Positions 51,208 to 61,107 of a stretch of DNA of 64,000 nucleotides are shown piece by piece; positions within the stretch are counted from its first letter, which is position 1, and each line of letters opens with the position of its first letter. Location: assembly GCA_947498315.1 (NCBI GenBank), contig CANMLD010000003.1, positions 429 through 64,428 of the forward strand. The letters are read 5' to 3'. The notes under the pieces are model-generated. The model saw only the letters and a list, made by a program, of their open reading frames with translations, was not told where the DNA came from and made no database searches. The translations under genes and the position numbers were made by a program. Origin of the DNA: Pseudomonadota bacterium. Its GTDB lineage: Bacteria > Myxococcota_A > UBA9042 > GCA-2863065.

Positions 51208-51239
51208 GCCAATCGGAGTTTTGTCCGACCCACTGAGTG
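51208..51239 (-). repeat. Member of the same motif family, inverted orientation
   Basis: Reverse complement ggcactcagtgggtcggacaaaactccgattggc is nearly identical to 38988..39019. Confidence 0.55.
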
Positions 51240-51309
51240 CCACTCGTCCAACCACCAGAGCGGCGTTTACGATCAATAGTAGTCGTAAATCAAACAGAGA
51301 GTCAGAACG

Positions 51310-53463
51310 ATGATCACGGAAGGTACGGAGAGCATGCAGGCTCGACTCGCGGCCGAGGGGGGACCATTGCCGCTGCTCGCCCTCCTCGAAGAGCTGCGGG
51401 AGGCCGAGTTCACAGGGGCGGTCAAAGTGACTCTGTCTGGCGAAGAGGTGCGGGTCTTCATTCGTGCGGGGAGTCCGCTCTTCTGTGCCGGCTCGGGTCC
51501 GCATCACTCGCTCGGAGCCTTCCTTCTGCGGTCCGGCGCGCTCCATGCGCAGGACTTGAAAGCCATCGCCGAGAGAGCGCAGACGGCTAAGACCCGCCTC
51601 GAAGAGCTGCTCGTCGCGGAGGGACGCTTCACGCCCGAGAAGTTGCGCGCGGCTCAATCCGCAATGAGCCACTTCACCTTCGCCGACGTCGCCGTGCGTG
51701 GCGATCTCGATGTGCAGCCGATGCCACTCGATGTCCCCAAAGTAATCGAGGACTTCACGCTCGATCCGATACTGGCCATCGTGGAGTTCACGGCTCGGTA
51801 CGACCGTGCCGCCCTAGAGAGACCGCTCTCGGGCCACGTCGTCCCAGGCCCTCGGCTAGCCGAGCTCGAGCCCGTCTTTCATCGGGTCTACGGTGCGGTC
51901 TTCGGGACAGCGCTCGCGGCGATGAAGCATGGGCCCGTGCCGCTCAGCCAAAGCCTCTCGCCCGATCTGAAACGATTAGTGGTGGCGCTCCTTCGCTGCA
52001 ATGCGGCGAAGCTCCTGCCATCAGACGCTGCAATAGCCACTCCGAGCCCGTCCCGAGAGACGCTTCACGCCATCCCCGTGCAAGGAATCCCCGCCGGGAT
52101 GTTGCCTACCCTCGGGGTCCCTGCAGCGGAAGTGGCGCGAATCGCCGACGTACTCGCACGGGAGGGTTTCGTCGCGACGGTTCTCCGCCGTAACGTAGGC
52201 TTCGGCTCGCGCTCAGCGACCGAAGGGCCCGCTCTCGCGTCGCGGACCGGTCCGCGGACGACGGGCGCTCCTGCGGGCTCGGGGGGTGCCGGTGCTAAGC
52301 CGGCCCCTCTACCGGACCTGGAGGCACTCATCGCGCCCACGCCAAGCAGCGAGCATGACGGAGCGCTGCATGCGGCTTTGGCGCAGGCGCTCGTGGAGGC
52401 TGCCGACGATGAGGAGGACGACGCCACCGTAGTTGGCCCTCTGTTGGTGGCAGCCCCGACGACGAGGTCGGGCGTAGGTCCAGCGAACACGAGCCCGGTG
52501 CGTGCAAGCCCACCACCATCGACCTCAAGGGCACGTTCACCGGAGATCGTGGGTGGAGCGAGTGCGGCGGCAACGCGACCCGCGTCGCTGCCCTTGGCGT
52601 CCACACGATCCAGTGAAGCCCGCACGCGCGATGGGCTCTCGCCCTTGTCCGAGCGCGCGGTGGAGCTCGGCGACAGGCGGCGGCGGCTCGAGTCAGCCAA
52701 CGCCTTCGACGCGCTCGAGGTCGCGCCCCGGGTCGCCATGAGCGTGCTCAAGGAGGCTTACGTTCGGCTACGAGCGCGCTACGACGAAGGTGCGTTTTCG
52801 GATGAACTTCGTGGCCATGGTCCTGGAGTCGCTCGAGACCTGAAGCGCGTCACGTCGGCCCTCGACTCGGCCTATGCCCAGCTGACCACGCGTGAACGTC
52901 GCGGTGAGCTCGAAGCGACGTTTGATGGCTTGTCTGTGCTCGAAGTATCGAACTACTTCGGCGCCGACGTCTTCTATCGGGATGGGCGTCGTCAGCACGT
53001 CGCACGTGAGTTTCGGCTGGCGTTTCAGAGCTTCGTTCGGGCCCACCAACGATGGCCACACGAAGCCGACTACTGGGCGTGGGCGGCACAAGCACTCTGG
53101 GACTCCCACCAATCGGAAGGCACCTGGGGAGACGGGGCTCGGGCCGGCGTCGAGCGTCACGCCCGTGAAGCGCTCACGGCGGCTTCCGGCGGTGACACGG
53201 CTGGCTATCACGAGCTCGCGTTGGTGCTCCTCGCGCGCCTCGCGCTCGAACGGGGGCAGGCGGTCGAAGCGCGCGCGTACTACGAAGCCATCCTCGCGAA
53301 GAGCCCCTCGCATGAGGAAGCACGGTCGGGAATTCGAGAGCTCTCCGCCTTTGCAAGTACGCCAGCGGATGGGCCCGGGTCTACGGGCCGTGTGCTCGGC
53401 GGCCTCGCTTCGAGGCTCATCGCGGGGTTCAAGTCCGGAAACAAGCAGGGGGAGAGACGTTGA
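51310..53463 (+). CDS. Multidomain protein: N-terminal DUF4388 (PATAN-like), Ala/Pro-rich linker, J-domain-like segment, C-terminal TPR-like region
   Basis: LPLLALLEELREAEFTGAVKVTLSGEEVRVFIRAGSPLFCAGSG matches the DUF4388 pattern. FDALEVAPRVAMSVLKEAYVRLRARYDE is J-domain-like. Start could be ATG 51334. Confidence 0.55.
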   Translation: MITEGTESMQARLAAEGGPLPLLALLEELREAEFTGAVKVTLSGEEVRVFIRAGSPLFCAGSGPHHSLGAFLLRSGALHAQDLKAIAERAQTAKTRLEELLVAEGRFTPEKLRAAQSAMSHFTFADVAVRGDLDVQPMPLDVPKVIEDFTLDPILAIVEFTARYDRAALERPLSGHVVPGPRLAELEPVFHRVYGAVFGTALAAMKHGPVPLSQSLSPDLKRLVVALLRCNAAKLLPSDAAIATPSPSRETLHAIPVQGIPAGMLPTLGVPAAEVARIADVLAREGFVATVLRRNVGFGSRSATEGPALASRTGPRTTGAPAGSGGAGAKPAPLPDLEALIAPTPSSEHDGALHAALAQALVEAADDEEDDATVVGPLLVAAPTTRSGVGPANTSPVRASPPPSTSRARSPEIVGGASAAATRPASLPLASTRSSEARTRDGLSPLSERAVELGDRRRRLESANAFDALEVAPRVAMSVLKEAYVRLRARYDEGAFSDELRGHGPGVARDLKRVTSALDSAYAQLTTRERRGELEATFDGLSVLEVSNYFGADVFYRDGRRQHVAREFRLAFQSFVRAHQRWPHEADYWAWAAQALWDSHQSEGTWGDGARAGVERHAREALTAASGGDTAGYHELALVLLARLALERGQAVEARAYYEAILAKSPSHEEARSGIRELSAFASTPADGPGSTGRVLGGLASRLIAGFKSGNKQGERR

Positions 53464-55394
53464 TCAAGCTGCGGCTATTGCTCGGCGATCGCGCCGATGA
53501 GATGACTTTTCCAGACGCTGCCGTGATTGCGGTTGGACGTGCGCCAGGGAACGCCCTCCGGATCCCCGATGGACGGGTCTCGAGTCTTCACGGCGAGATA
53601 GTGCGTCGCGGCGGAGGCTATGTGTTCCGCGACCTGCGTTCGACGAACGGCTCATTGCGGCTACGCGGTGAAGAGCGAACGGTTGTCGATGGGCTCAACT
53701 GCCCAGAGGTCTCGCTGGCCACGGGTGACGTGCTCTGGCTCGGCGACGTAAGCGATCCGGTGAAGGTCGAGGTCTGCTTCGCCGACGCGGCGTCTCGCGG
53801 GACGCAGGGGACTGAAAATACGGTGATTGCGCGCCGAGGCGTTCGTGAGGACGCCGTCGTGACGATGCTCTTCGGCGCTCCCAACGCCGAGGCCGACCGC
53901 ATCCTGAGGCTGCTCCGCGACGTCGGCGCCGAGTCCGACGTGACCGGCGTCCTCGAATGTGTGTCCGACTATCTCTTCGAGACGATGGCGCATGCCACTG
54001 CCGTCGTTGCCGCGGTGACCGACCGGCCCGACGAGCCGACCATCGTGGTGGAGCGCGGTGGGCGCGGCGCGCGTGAGGTGGGGGCCGCGGACGCGCCGCC
54101 TTACCCGCGCCGCCTCGTCGAGTTGGCGATCGCAGAAGCGACCGCCGTGTCCGCTGACCTGGGGGCGGGGACCGAAGCGAGCCTCGTTCGCGTGAAGGCC
54201 GCTGCGGCCATTGCGTCGCCGCTGACATGGGCCGGCGAAGGGCTCGGGGCGCTCGTGGTGCTGCTCTCCAGCACGCCACAACAGGGCGACCTCGACCGCG
54301 TCGCCGGGCTCGCGGTACAACTCGCCAGCGCCTTTCAGATGGGGCGGGTGCTGCGACGATTGCGAGCGGTCGAGCGCCGGCTTCGGGACGAGAACAAGGC
54401 GCTCAAGACCGACGTGAGGCCCGACTCGACCTTCGGCGAGATCATCGGTGCTTCAGCCAGTATGCGAGCGGTCTTCGACAGCATGCGCCTCGTCATGGAC
54501 ACCGACGCGACCGTGCTCATCACTGGGGAGACGGGGACCGGCAAGGAGCTGGTCGCCCGGGCGCTACACGACAAGAGCCGCCGAAAAGCCGCACCCTTTG
54601 CCGCCGTGAACTGCGCGGCGCTGTCAGAGAACCTTCTCGAGAGCGAGCTCTTCGGACACATGAAGGGTGCCTTCACGGGTGCGGTCGAGAACAAGAAGGG
54701 CCTCTTTCAGGTCGCGGATCGCGGCACTCTCTTCCTCGACGAGCTTGGGGAGATGTCGCTCACCCTGCAGGCCAAGCTCTTGCGGGCGCTTCAGGAAGGC
54801 GAGATCCTGCCGGTCGGGAGCACGCGGCCGATTCGAGTCGATGTGCGCGTGCTCGCGGCCACACACCGCGACTTGCGCGCGATGGTCAAAGCCAGCCAGT
54901 TCCGCGAAGACCTCTTCTATCGCGTCAATGTGTTCCCGATTTCCCTGCCGCCGCTCCGGGAACGTAAAGGAGACATCGGGCCGCTGGCGAGCTTCCTCAT
55001 CGGCAAGTACGAGAAGAAGTTCGGCAAGCGCCTCGGCGGGATCTCGGTGGGTGCCATCGCGCGTCTCGAGGCGTACGGCTTCCCGGGCAATATCCGCGAG
55101 CTCGAAAACGAGATGCAGCGTGCCGTGCTCCTGACTCCGCCGGAGCACGCCGTCGATGCGAGCGTGCTCTCAGAGCCCATCCGAAACGCCGCGCCGCGCG
55201 TCGATGTGACCGAGAGCCTCGACGTCCCTGACGGCAGCCGGCTCAAGGACACGATGGACAACCTCGAGCGCGAGGTGCTGAGGCGCGCCCTCGAAGAGCG
55301 GGGTTGGAACCGGTCGCAGACGGCACGCGATCTCGGGATCAGCCGGCAGGCACTCATGGTCAAGCTGTCGAAGTATGGGCTAGAGCCGGAGTAA
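53460..55394 (+). CDS. Sigma-54-dependent transcriptional activator with an N-terminal FHA domain and a C-terminal Fis-type HTH
   Basis: FHA-like N-terminus (AVIAVGRAPGNALRIPDGRVSSLHGEI). AAA+ sigma54-interaction module GETGTGKELVARALH with GAFTGA and ESELFGH motifs. C-terminal HTH (SQTARDLGISRQAL). TTG start overlapping the upstream stop. Confidence 0.8.
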   Translation: MIKLRLLLGDRADEMTFPDAAVIAVGRAPGNALRIPDGRVSSLHGEIVRRGGGYVFRDLRSTNGSLRLRGEERTVVDGLNCPEVSLATGDVLWLGDVSDPVKVEVCFADAASRGTQGTENTVIARRGVREDAVVTMLFGAPNAEADRILRLLRDVGAESDVTGVLECVSDYLFETMAHATAVVAAVTDRPDEPTIVVERGGRGAREVGAADAPPYPRRLVELAIAEATAVSADLGAGTEASLVRVKAAAAIASPLTWAGEGLGALVVLLSSTPQQGDLDRVAGLAVQLASAFQMGRVLRRLRAVERRLRDENKALKTDVRPDSTFGEIIGASASMRAVFDSMRLVMDTDATVLITGETGTGKELVARALHDKSRRKAAPFAAVNCAALSENLLESELFGHMKGAFTGAVENKKGLFQVADRGTLFLDELGEMSLTLQAKLLRALQEGEILPVGSTRPIRVDVRVLAATHRDLRAMVKASQFREDLFYRVNVFPISLPPLRERKGDIGPLASFLIGKYEKKFGKRLGGISVGAIARLEAYGFPGNIRELENEMQRAVLLTPPEHAVDASVLSEPIRNAAPRVDVTESLDVPDGSRLKDTMDNLEREVLRRALEERGWNRSQTARDLGISRQALMVKLSKYGLEPE

Positions 55395-55894
55395 GCCAGC
55401 AGTTCCAAAGCGCCGCTGGACGGGCGAGTTGCGGATGAGGAGGCGAACGTGCCGCTCATGGGCGCACCGGGGCCAGGGGCGCACTGTGGCCAGCGGGGGT
55501 GCCGGAGCGTTGACGTGCCGGGACGATGACCACATCACTGGCGCCCAGCGATCTCAAGGTCTCCTCGAGCATCGCCACCACCGCGTCCCGCTCCTCCGCC
55601 GTCACGGCCGTGCCGTCATGCCAACGGCGTATCGACTCTGCAAAGACGACCGCGGGTGACGGCAGCAGCTCGGCCAAGAGCGCAACGGCGGCGACCTGGC
55701 AGAAAGCGACTTCGCCCCGACCGAGCAACTTCAAGCGGCCGACTCGCCGACCGCCGTCGACGTCGATGATGCGCTAGGGTGGCTCGACGGACGCGTCCAC
55801 CTCGGGGCGGGGAGCGCCGTCACCTCGGCCAAGAGAAACTCCCTAGTCGCTGGGCTCGGGACCGTGCGGCTGCGCCGAGGACGGGCCGGAACGG

Positions 55895-57613
55895 TCACGG
55901 GGCTCGCGTGGCCATCGCCTGTGCCAGCGCACCCGCGACCGCTTCGCGCTCGACATGGACGAGCATCAAGATGACGTCGCCAGGGCGCGCGACGGCGAGC
56001 GCACGCTTCACCGCGTCGACTTCGTCTGCAGCCAGGACGACGGCGGCCGGCGGCAGCCCGTGCCGCTCGAGCGCCTCCCGGAGTTTGGCTGGGGTCTCTC
56101 CCGGCGCCCGACCCCGGAGGTATCCAGTAAGCTCTCGAATGTAGACGTGATCTGGCGCGGCGGCGGCGATGATCGCCGAGGTCTCGCTGAGCGCGTCATC
56201 GCTGCGATCGCCGGGGTGCGCCGTGGACACGAAGAGGCGGTTACCCTCGGTCAGCGCCTTGGCGAGGGAGAGCACGGCGCGGATCCCGTGAGCGTTATGG
56301 GCAAAGTCGAGCAGGACCTTCACACCGCGCACGTCCACGACGTTGCCGCGGCCGGGGTTGTCGTCACCGGTGGGCAAAAAGCCCAGGAGGGCGCGGGCTA
56401 TCGCGGGGTCGTCGACGCCGAGGGCGTGGGCCGTCGCTGACGCCGCGAGGGCGTTCTCGATGTTGAAGCGCGCGCGGCCGCCGAACGTGAGCGGGATGGC
56501 GGTGACGGGCGCGATGGCGTGGTCGCCTAGGTCGTCACGGCGGACGATCTCACCGCGAGTGGTCGTCCAGACCGTCTCGCCCTTGGCGCGTGCACGAGTG
56601 AGGAAAGGGTGGCTCTCCTCAGGTGAGAACCAGACGACTCGTCGTCCGGCGCCGTCGCGCGCCAGCGCTCTGCCGAGGACCTGCAGGTTCTCGTCCTCCG
56701 CGTTCAAGACGACGACGCCGCCCGGGCGCACCGAGGTCGCGACCACGGCTTTGACGCGGGCCATCGAAGCGACGTCGTCGATGCCATAGCTGCCGAGGTG
56801 GTCGTCGCTGACGTTGGTGATGAGCGCGACATCCGCGCCGTCCACGGCGAGGCCTCGCCGCAGGATGCCGCCGCGCGCCGTCTCGAGGAGCGCGACGCCG
56901 ATCTCCGGACGCAACAGCGCTTTTCGTGCCGCGAAGGGGCCAGTGCAGTCGCCGGCTTCAATGATGGCGTCGCCGACCGCCACGCCGTCAGTCGACGTCA
57001 CCGCCGCGATGAGACCGCACTCGCGTGCCATGCGCGCCAGAAGCCGGGTGGAGGTGGTCTTCCCGTTTGTCCCCGTGATGATGGCGATGGGGATGTGGCC
57101 GAGGGCGTCCCAATCGACCTCCGCGACGAGAGGGAGCGACGCTCGAGGCCACGAGACGGCGCGGGGGCCGGTGCCGATAGCGACGGTGTCGTCGTCCCAG
57201 AGGAAGTGCAGCTCCCGCCCTTGTGCCTCTTTCTCGAGCGCAAGGAGGCGCTCCGAGCGGAGCCCGTCTACGAGCGGCGTGATCAGAGCCAGCTTGCCGA
57301 CGTCGTCGGGCTGCTCGCCACCGTGATGCGACGCGAGGACGCGCTGAACCGCCCACTCGGCGAGCTCCGCATCGGCGAGGAGTGTGTCGATGGGACCCGA
57401 CCGGAGGAGTGCGATCCGGCCCTTGGAGCGGCGCACGATCGCGTCGCCGGCACCGGGTACACCGAATCGAGCACGAAGGGCGTCCCACTCCGCGAGGATT
57501 GGGGAGAGCGTTGGCGACAGCTCCGAGTCGTCGACGAGCAGCTCGACGATGACCCCTGGGCTCTTTGAATACAGGTTTGGGCCCGTGAGCCTGCGGACGT
57601 CGTCTAGCTTCAT
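55895..57613 (-). CDS. CphA-like protein with cyanophycin-synthetase-type N-domain plus Mur-ligase (M) domain but no ATP-grasp domain (572 aa)
   Basis: N-terminus MKLDDVRRLTGPNLYS parallels the CphA N-domain (compare MKITERRTYRGPSLYA in the adjacent cphA). Mur ligase P-loop IITGTNGKTTSTRLLA, LETARGG and DHLG motifs. 28-nt gap after the cphA stop. Confidence 0.7.
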   Translation of the reverse strand: MKLDDVRRLTGPNLYSKSPGVIVELLVDDSELSPTLSPILAEWDALRARFGVPGAGDAIVRRSKGRIALLRSGPIDTLLADAELAEWAVQRVLASHHGGEQPDDVGKLALITPLVDGLRSERLLALEKEAQGRELHFLWDDDTVAIGTGPRAVSWPRASLPLVAEVDWDALGHIPIAIITGTNGKTTSTRLLARMARECGLIAAVTSTDGVAVGDAIIEAGDCTGPFAARKALLRPEIGVALLETARGGILRRGLAVDGADVALITNVSDDHLGSYGIDDVASMARVKAVVATSVRPGGVVVLNAEDENLQVLGRALARDGAGRRVVWFSPEESHPFLTRARAKGETVWTTTRGEIVRRDDLGDHAIAPVTAIPLTFGGRARFNIENALAASATAHALGVDDPAIARALLGFLPTGDDNPGRGNVVDVRGVKVLLDFAHNAHGIRAVLSLAKALTEGNRLFVSTAHPGDRSDDALSETSAIIAAAAPDHVYIRELTGYLRGRAPGETPAKLREALERHGLPPAAVVLAADEVDAVKRALAVARPGDVILMLVHVEREAVAGALAQAMATRAP

Positions 57614-57641
57614 CGCGGGCCTCAGGAGCTCATGGGATGGG

Positions 57642-60437
57642 TCAGTCGTCGGAGTCGCGCGCGAGACGCACGCCGCGCCCGTCTTGAATCAAGGTCGCGC
57701 CCTCGAGCAGAGATCCGAGCGGCGACGGCGGCGCCTTGGGGAGGACCTCGGCAGCCGCCGCGTCGGTCGCGTTCCCCGCGGGCTCGGTGCCCTTGAAGTA
57801 GATGATCTGCTTCCAACAACGCGCAGGGGCGTCGCCGAAGATCATCAACAGGTCGCCGCGGCGAGCGAACTCGAGGGCGGCGTTGATGGCGGTGACTTCG
57901 TCGTTGATGACGTGGAGGTTCTCGGCCGGAAAGCCGGTCGCGAGCGCCGCTTCCGCCATCATCTTCGGGACTTCCTCCGGGCCGCGGCCACGGGGATCGT
58001 CGTCGCGACGGAGGAAGAGGACGTCGAAGTTCTGGGCGCCGATACGCGCGATCTCGCGGATGTCTTCGTCCCGGCGGTCGCCCGGCGCGGCGAGGACGGC
58101 GATGCGCCGGCCCTCGACTTTGAGGCGGCGGGCGAGCAACGCCATGGCCGAGATAGCCGCGGGGTTGTGGCCGTAGTCGAGGATGACCTTGAAGGGGTGA
58201 TCGTCGAAGACGTTCATGCGGCCCGGGGCCTGGTAGAACGTCGTCCCGAAGGTGCGGAGGCCGTGTCGGATGTCGTCGACCTCGAGCCCCATCGAATAGG
58301 CCATCAAGGCAGCGAACATCGCGTTCTGCACGTTGTGCATGGCCCGGCCCTCGAGGGTCGCCGGGATGAGGTGAGTCCACAGCAGCGGTATGTGAACGTT
58401 GCCGCCGTCGTAGAGCGTCACCATCTGGCCGTTGATGCCGTCTTCGAGCACCGCCGCCAGCCCGCCGCTGCGAATATGCTGCCGGACGAGCTCGTGGCCC
58501 GAGTTCATGGTGACGTACCCGATGCGCTTCGCGCCCGAGTGGTCGGCCATGCGAAGGCAGTGCAGGTCGTCGGCGTTCAAGATGGCGCAATCACGCGCCA
58601 CCTCGACCACGATCCGCTTCAGCTCGGCGAGCTGCTCGAGGGTGTCGATTCCGCCGAGGCCGAGGTGGTCGGCGGCGATGTTCAGGACGGCGCCGACGTT
58701 ACAGGTCCGGTAGCCCATGCCGGCCCGGAGGAGGCCGCCCCGGGCCGTCTCGAGGACCGCGACGTCTACCGAGGGATCGCGCAAGACCATCTTCGCCGAC
58801 TGCGGCCCCGTCATGTCGCCCGCGACCGTTCTCTCGCCGTCGATGTAGACACCATCGGTGGTGCAAAGGCCGACCGTGTGTCCTTTCATCTTTAGGATGT
58901 GCGCGAGCATGCGGGACGTCGTCGTCTTGCCGTTCGTGCCCGTGATCGACGCGATGGGGATCTTCGACGGCGCGCCGGGCGGGAAGAGCATGTCCATGAC
59001 CGGACCCGCGACGTCCCGCGGCTTCCCTTCGGTTGGGGCGACGTGCATACGGAAGCCGGGCGCCGCGTTCACTTCGCAGATGCCGCCGCCAATCTCTCGA
59101 TAAGACTGGCTGATATCGGTCGTGATGAAGTCAACGCCGATGACGTCGAGGCCGATGGCCTTCGCGGCGCGGATCGCCATGGCTCGGTTGTCGGGGTGGA
59201 CGACGTCGGTCAGGTCGATGGCAGTACCGCCGGTGCTGAGGTTGGCCGTCGACCGCAGGAAGAAGCGCCTGCCGTCCTCGAGCACGGTGTCTTTGCTGAC
59301 GCCCCCCTTGTCCATGAGGAGCTGGGCCTGGTGATCGAGCTCGATGCGGGTCAGGACCTTCTCGTGGCCGATGCCGCGGCGCGGATCGCTGTTCACGATG
59401 GCGACGAGCTGTTCGATGGTGCTCACGCCGTCGCCGATGACGTGTCCTGGCACGCGCTTGGCGACCGCGATGAGCTTGCCGTCGACCACGAGCATGCGGT
59501 GGTCCATGCCCTGAATGAAGTTCTCGACGACGACCGAGCGAGCGTGTTCGCGAGCCTTGCCGAAGGCGACGCGGATGTCGTCGGCGGTCATGATCCCGAG
59601 CGTCACGCCGCGCCCGTGGTTGGCGTCGAGGGGCTTGACGACGACGGGGTATCCGAGCCGCTCGGCCGCGCGCACGGCGTCTTCGGCCGACCGCACGAGC
59701 CGCTGCTTCGGGACGGGCAAGCCGAGATCGCCGAGGATCTGGTTCGTCTCTTCCTTGTCGGAGGCGATCGAGACGGCGATGTGACGCGTCTCGGAGGTGA
59801 CCGTGGCCTGGATGCGCTTTTGGTATTTGCCGTGGCCAAACTGAACGAGGCTGTAGTCGTTCAGTCGTAGCCAGGGGATGTCGCGATCTTCGGCGGCACG
59901 CACCAGCGAGCCGGTCGAGGGGCCGAGCTGCCGAGCCTGGGCGAACTCGACGAGGGCCTTCAGCTCCTTGGCAAAGTCGAAGACGGCGTCACTAGCCTCC
60001 TTGGACGGCGTCTTCAGGTCCGCCGGGAGCAGGTCCTCGATGAGCTGAATGCCGAGCTCGGCGGCCGACGCGCCGACACGCTCCTCTTCGAACTCGAAGA
60101 CGACGTGGTAGCAGCCCGGCGTGCCAGTCGAGCGGGTCTTGCCAAAGGTGACCTTGGCGCCCGCAATGTTCTGCAGCTCGATGGTGATGTGTTCGAGGAC
60201 GTGGCCGAGCCAGGTGCCGCCGTCGTCGGTGAGGCGCGTGATGAAGCCCCCGACGTCGCCGACGGAGCACGTGTGTTCACGCAACGATGGGAGGCGCGCG
60301 AGGAGCCCGTCCACGAAGCCCGGGATCTTGGCGCTAGGCCAAGCCTCGAGGTGCTGCAGGTCGACGGTCAGCCGCATGACCGGGAAGAGGGCGTAGAGGC
60401 TAGGGCCCCGGTATGTGCGTCGCTCGGTGATCTTCAT
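57642..60437 (-). CDS. cphA: Cyanophycin synthetase (N-domain, ATP-grasp G-domain, Mur-ligase M-domain)
   Basis: ATG at 60437 (MKITERRTYRGPSLYALFPV). ATP-grasp region VVKPLDANHGRGV. Mur-ligase region ITGTNGKTTTSRM, LETARGG, DHLG. ~931 aa. Confidence 0.85.
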   Translation of the reverse strand: MKITERRTYRGPSLYALFPVMRLTVDLQHLEAWPSAKIPGFVDGLLARLPSLREHTCSVGDVGGFITRLTDDGGTWLGHVLEHITIELQNIAGAKVTFGKTRSTGTPGCYHVVFEFEEERVGASAAELGIQLIEDLLPADLKTPSKEASDAVFDFAKELKALVEFAQARQLGPSTGSLVRAAEDRDIPWLRLNDYSLVQFGHGKYQKRIQATVTSETRHIAVSIASDKEETNQILGDLGLPVPKQRLVRSAEDAVRAAERLGYPVVVKPLDANHGRGVTLGIMTADDIRVAFGKAREHARSVVVENFIQGMDHRMLVVDGKLIAVAKRVPGHVIGDGVSTIEQLVAIVNSDPRRGIGHEKVLTRIELDHQAQLLMDKGGVSKDTVLEDGRRFFLRSTANLSTGGTAIDLTDVVHPDNRAMAIRAAKAIGLDVIGVDFITTDISQSYREIGGGICEVNAAPGFRMHVAPTEGKPRDVAGPVMDMLFPPGAPSKIPIASITGTNGKTTTSRMLAHILKMKGHTVGLCTTDGVYIDGERTVAGDMTGPQSAKMVLRDPSVDVAVLETARGGLLRAGMGYRTCNVGAVLNIAADHLGLGGIDTLEQLAELKRIVVEVARDCAILNADDLHCLRMADHSGAKRIGYVTMNSGHELVRQHIRSGGLAAVLEDGINGQMVTLYDGGNVHIPLLWTHLIPATLEGRAMHNVQNAMFAALMAYSMGLEVDDIRHGLRTFGTTFYQAPGRMNVFDDHPFKVILDYGHNPAAISAMALLARRLKVEGRRIAVLAAPGDRRDEDIREIARIGAQNFDVLFLRRDDDPRGRGPEEVPKMMAEAALATGFPAENLHVINDEVTAINAALEFARRGDLLMIFGDAPARCWKQIIYFKGTEPAGNATDAAAAEVLPKAPPSPLGSLLEGATLIQDGRGVRLARDSDD

Positions 60438-60623
60438 GAACGGTCCCCTTCTGCGTTCCTCTGCTTCGGCCCCCGGTGGGACCGGCGTCTTCACGCTTTC
60501 GACCCCCGCGGGGACCGAACCGATGGGGCCGGGCTAACCCCGGACACCCGCTCGACGGCGAGCGCCGAGCGTAACATCGTTTTGAATGCGGTGGTATGGG
60601 GCGACCGATCCCCAAAATCTGAA

Positions 60624-60690
60624 GGATTGGTCCGGGTCGCTGCCCGCCACTATCGCGCAGCACCGGAGTCCGAGCGACCCGGTCCAATCC
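60624..60690. promoter_or_regulatory. 18-bp inverted repeat (17/18 paired) with 31-nt loop, ~190 nt upstream of the cphA start
   Basis: ggattggtccgggtcgct ... agcgacccggtccaatcc, seen directly. Confidence 0.4.
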
Positions 60691-61107
60691 TCGATTGAAC
60701 GAAGCGCACCACAATTTGCGAGCGAGCGCGCCTTCGTCGGGAGACTACCGGGCCGAAACCCCGCGCCGACTTAGCTCAAGACCCGGGAATCATGCGAGTT
60801 TCGAACCTAAGGACTGCTATGGGGTTCAAGGAAAGCACCCCCGCATTTCGGCAATTTGGCGTCCATGGCCTCCGCCCTGGAGTCGCGATAGCTCAGGGCC
60901 TTCGAGTGGGGAAGCGATGGTCGGTCGGAAGCCTGCCGCGGAGCGGCTTCGTCCAATCGTCGGCGTTCTCGCCGCCTCCTCTTGGGTGGCGTGTGACCCG
61001 ATACCTGCGGCGGTGAAGTTCGCGGCGACGGGTGGCAAGTTCGTGCTGGTTTCCGGTTGTCGGCGCGCCCGGATCAGTCAATGACAGAGGGGTTAGCAGA
61101 GGGGGTT

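Noticed and set aside
50911-51672. 253-aa minus-strand ORF spanning the intergenic region after the giant gene
   Set aside because: It runs antisense across the end of the TSP3 gene, the repeat-family inverted pair and the start of the DUF4388 gene. There is no RBS and no motifs.
55456-55734. 92-aa minus-strand ORF downstream of the CphA-like gene
   Set aside because: Only a TTG start is available, there is no recognisable motif, and it overlaps plus-strand ORFs. It may be real, but the evidence is insufficient to call it.
60880-60900. tRNA-like 'gcgatagctcag' D-loop-like string and a nearby 'ttcgaacc' T-loop-like string
   Set aside because: No acceptor stem, anticodon arm or properly paired T-arm could be built around them. 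This is a coincidental match.
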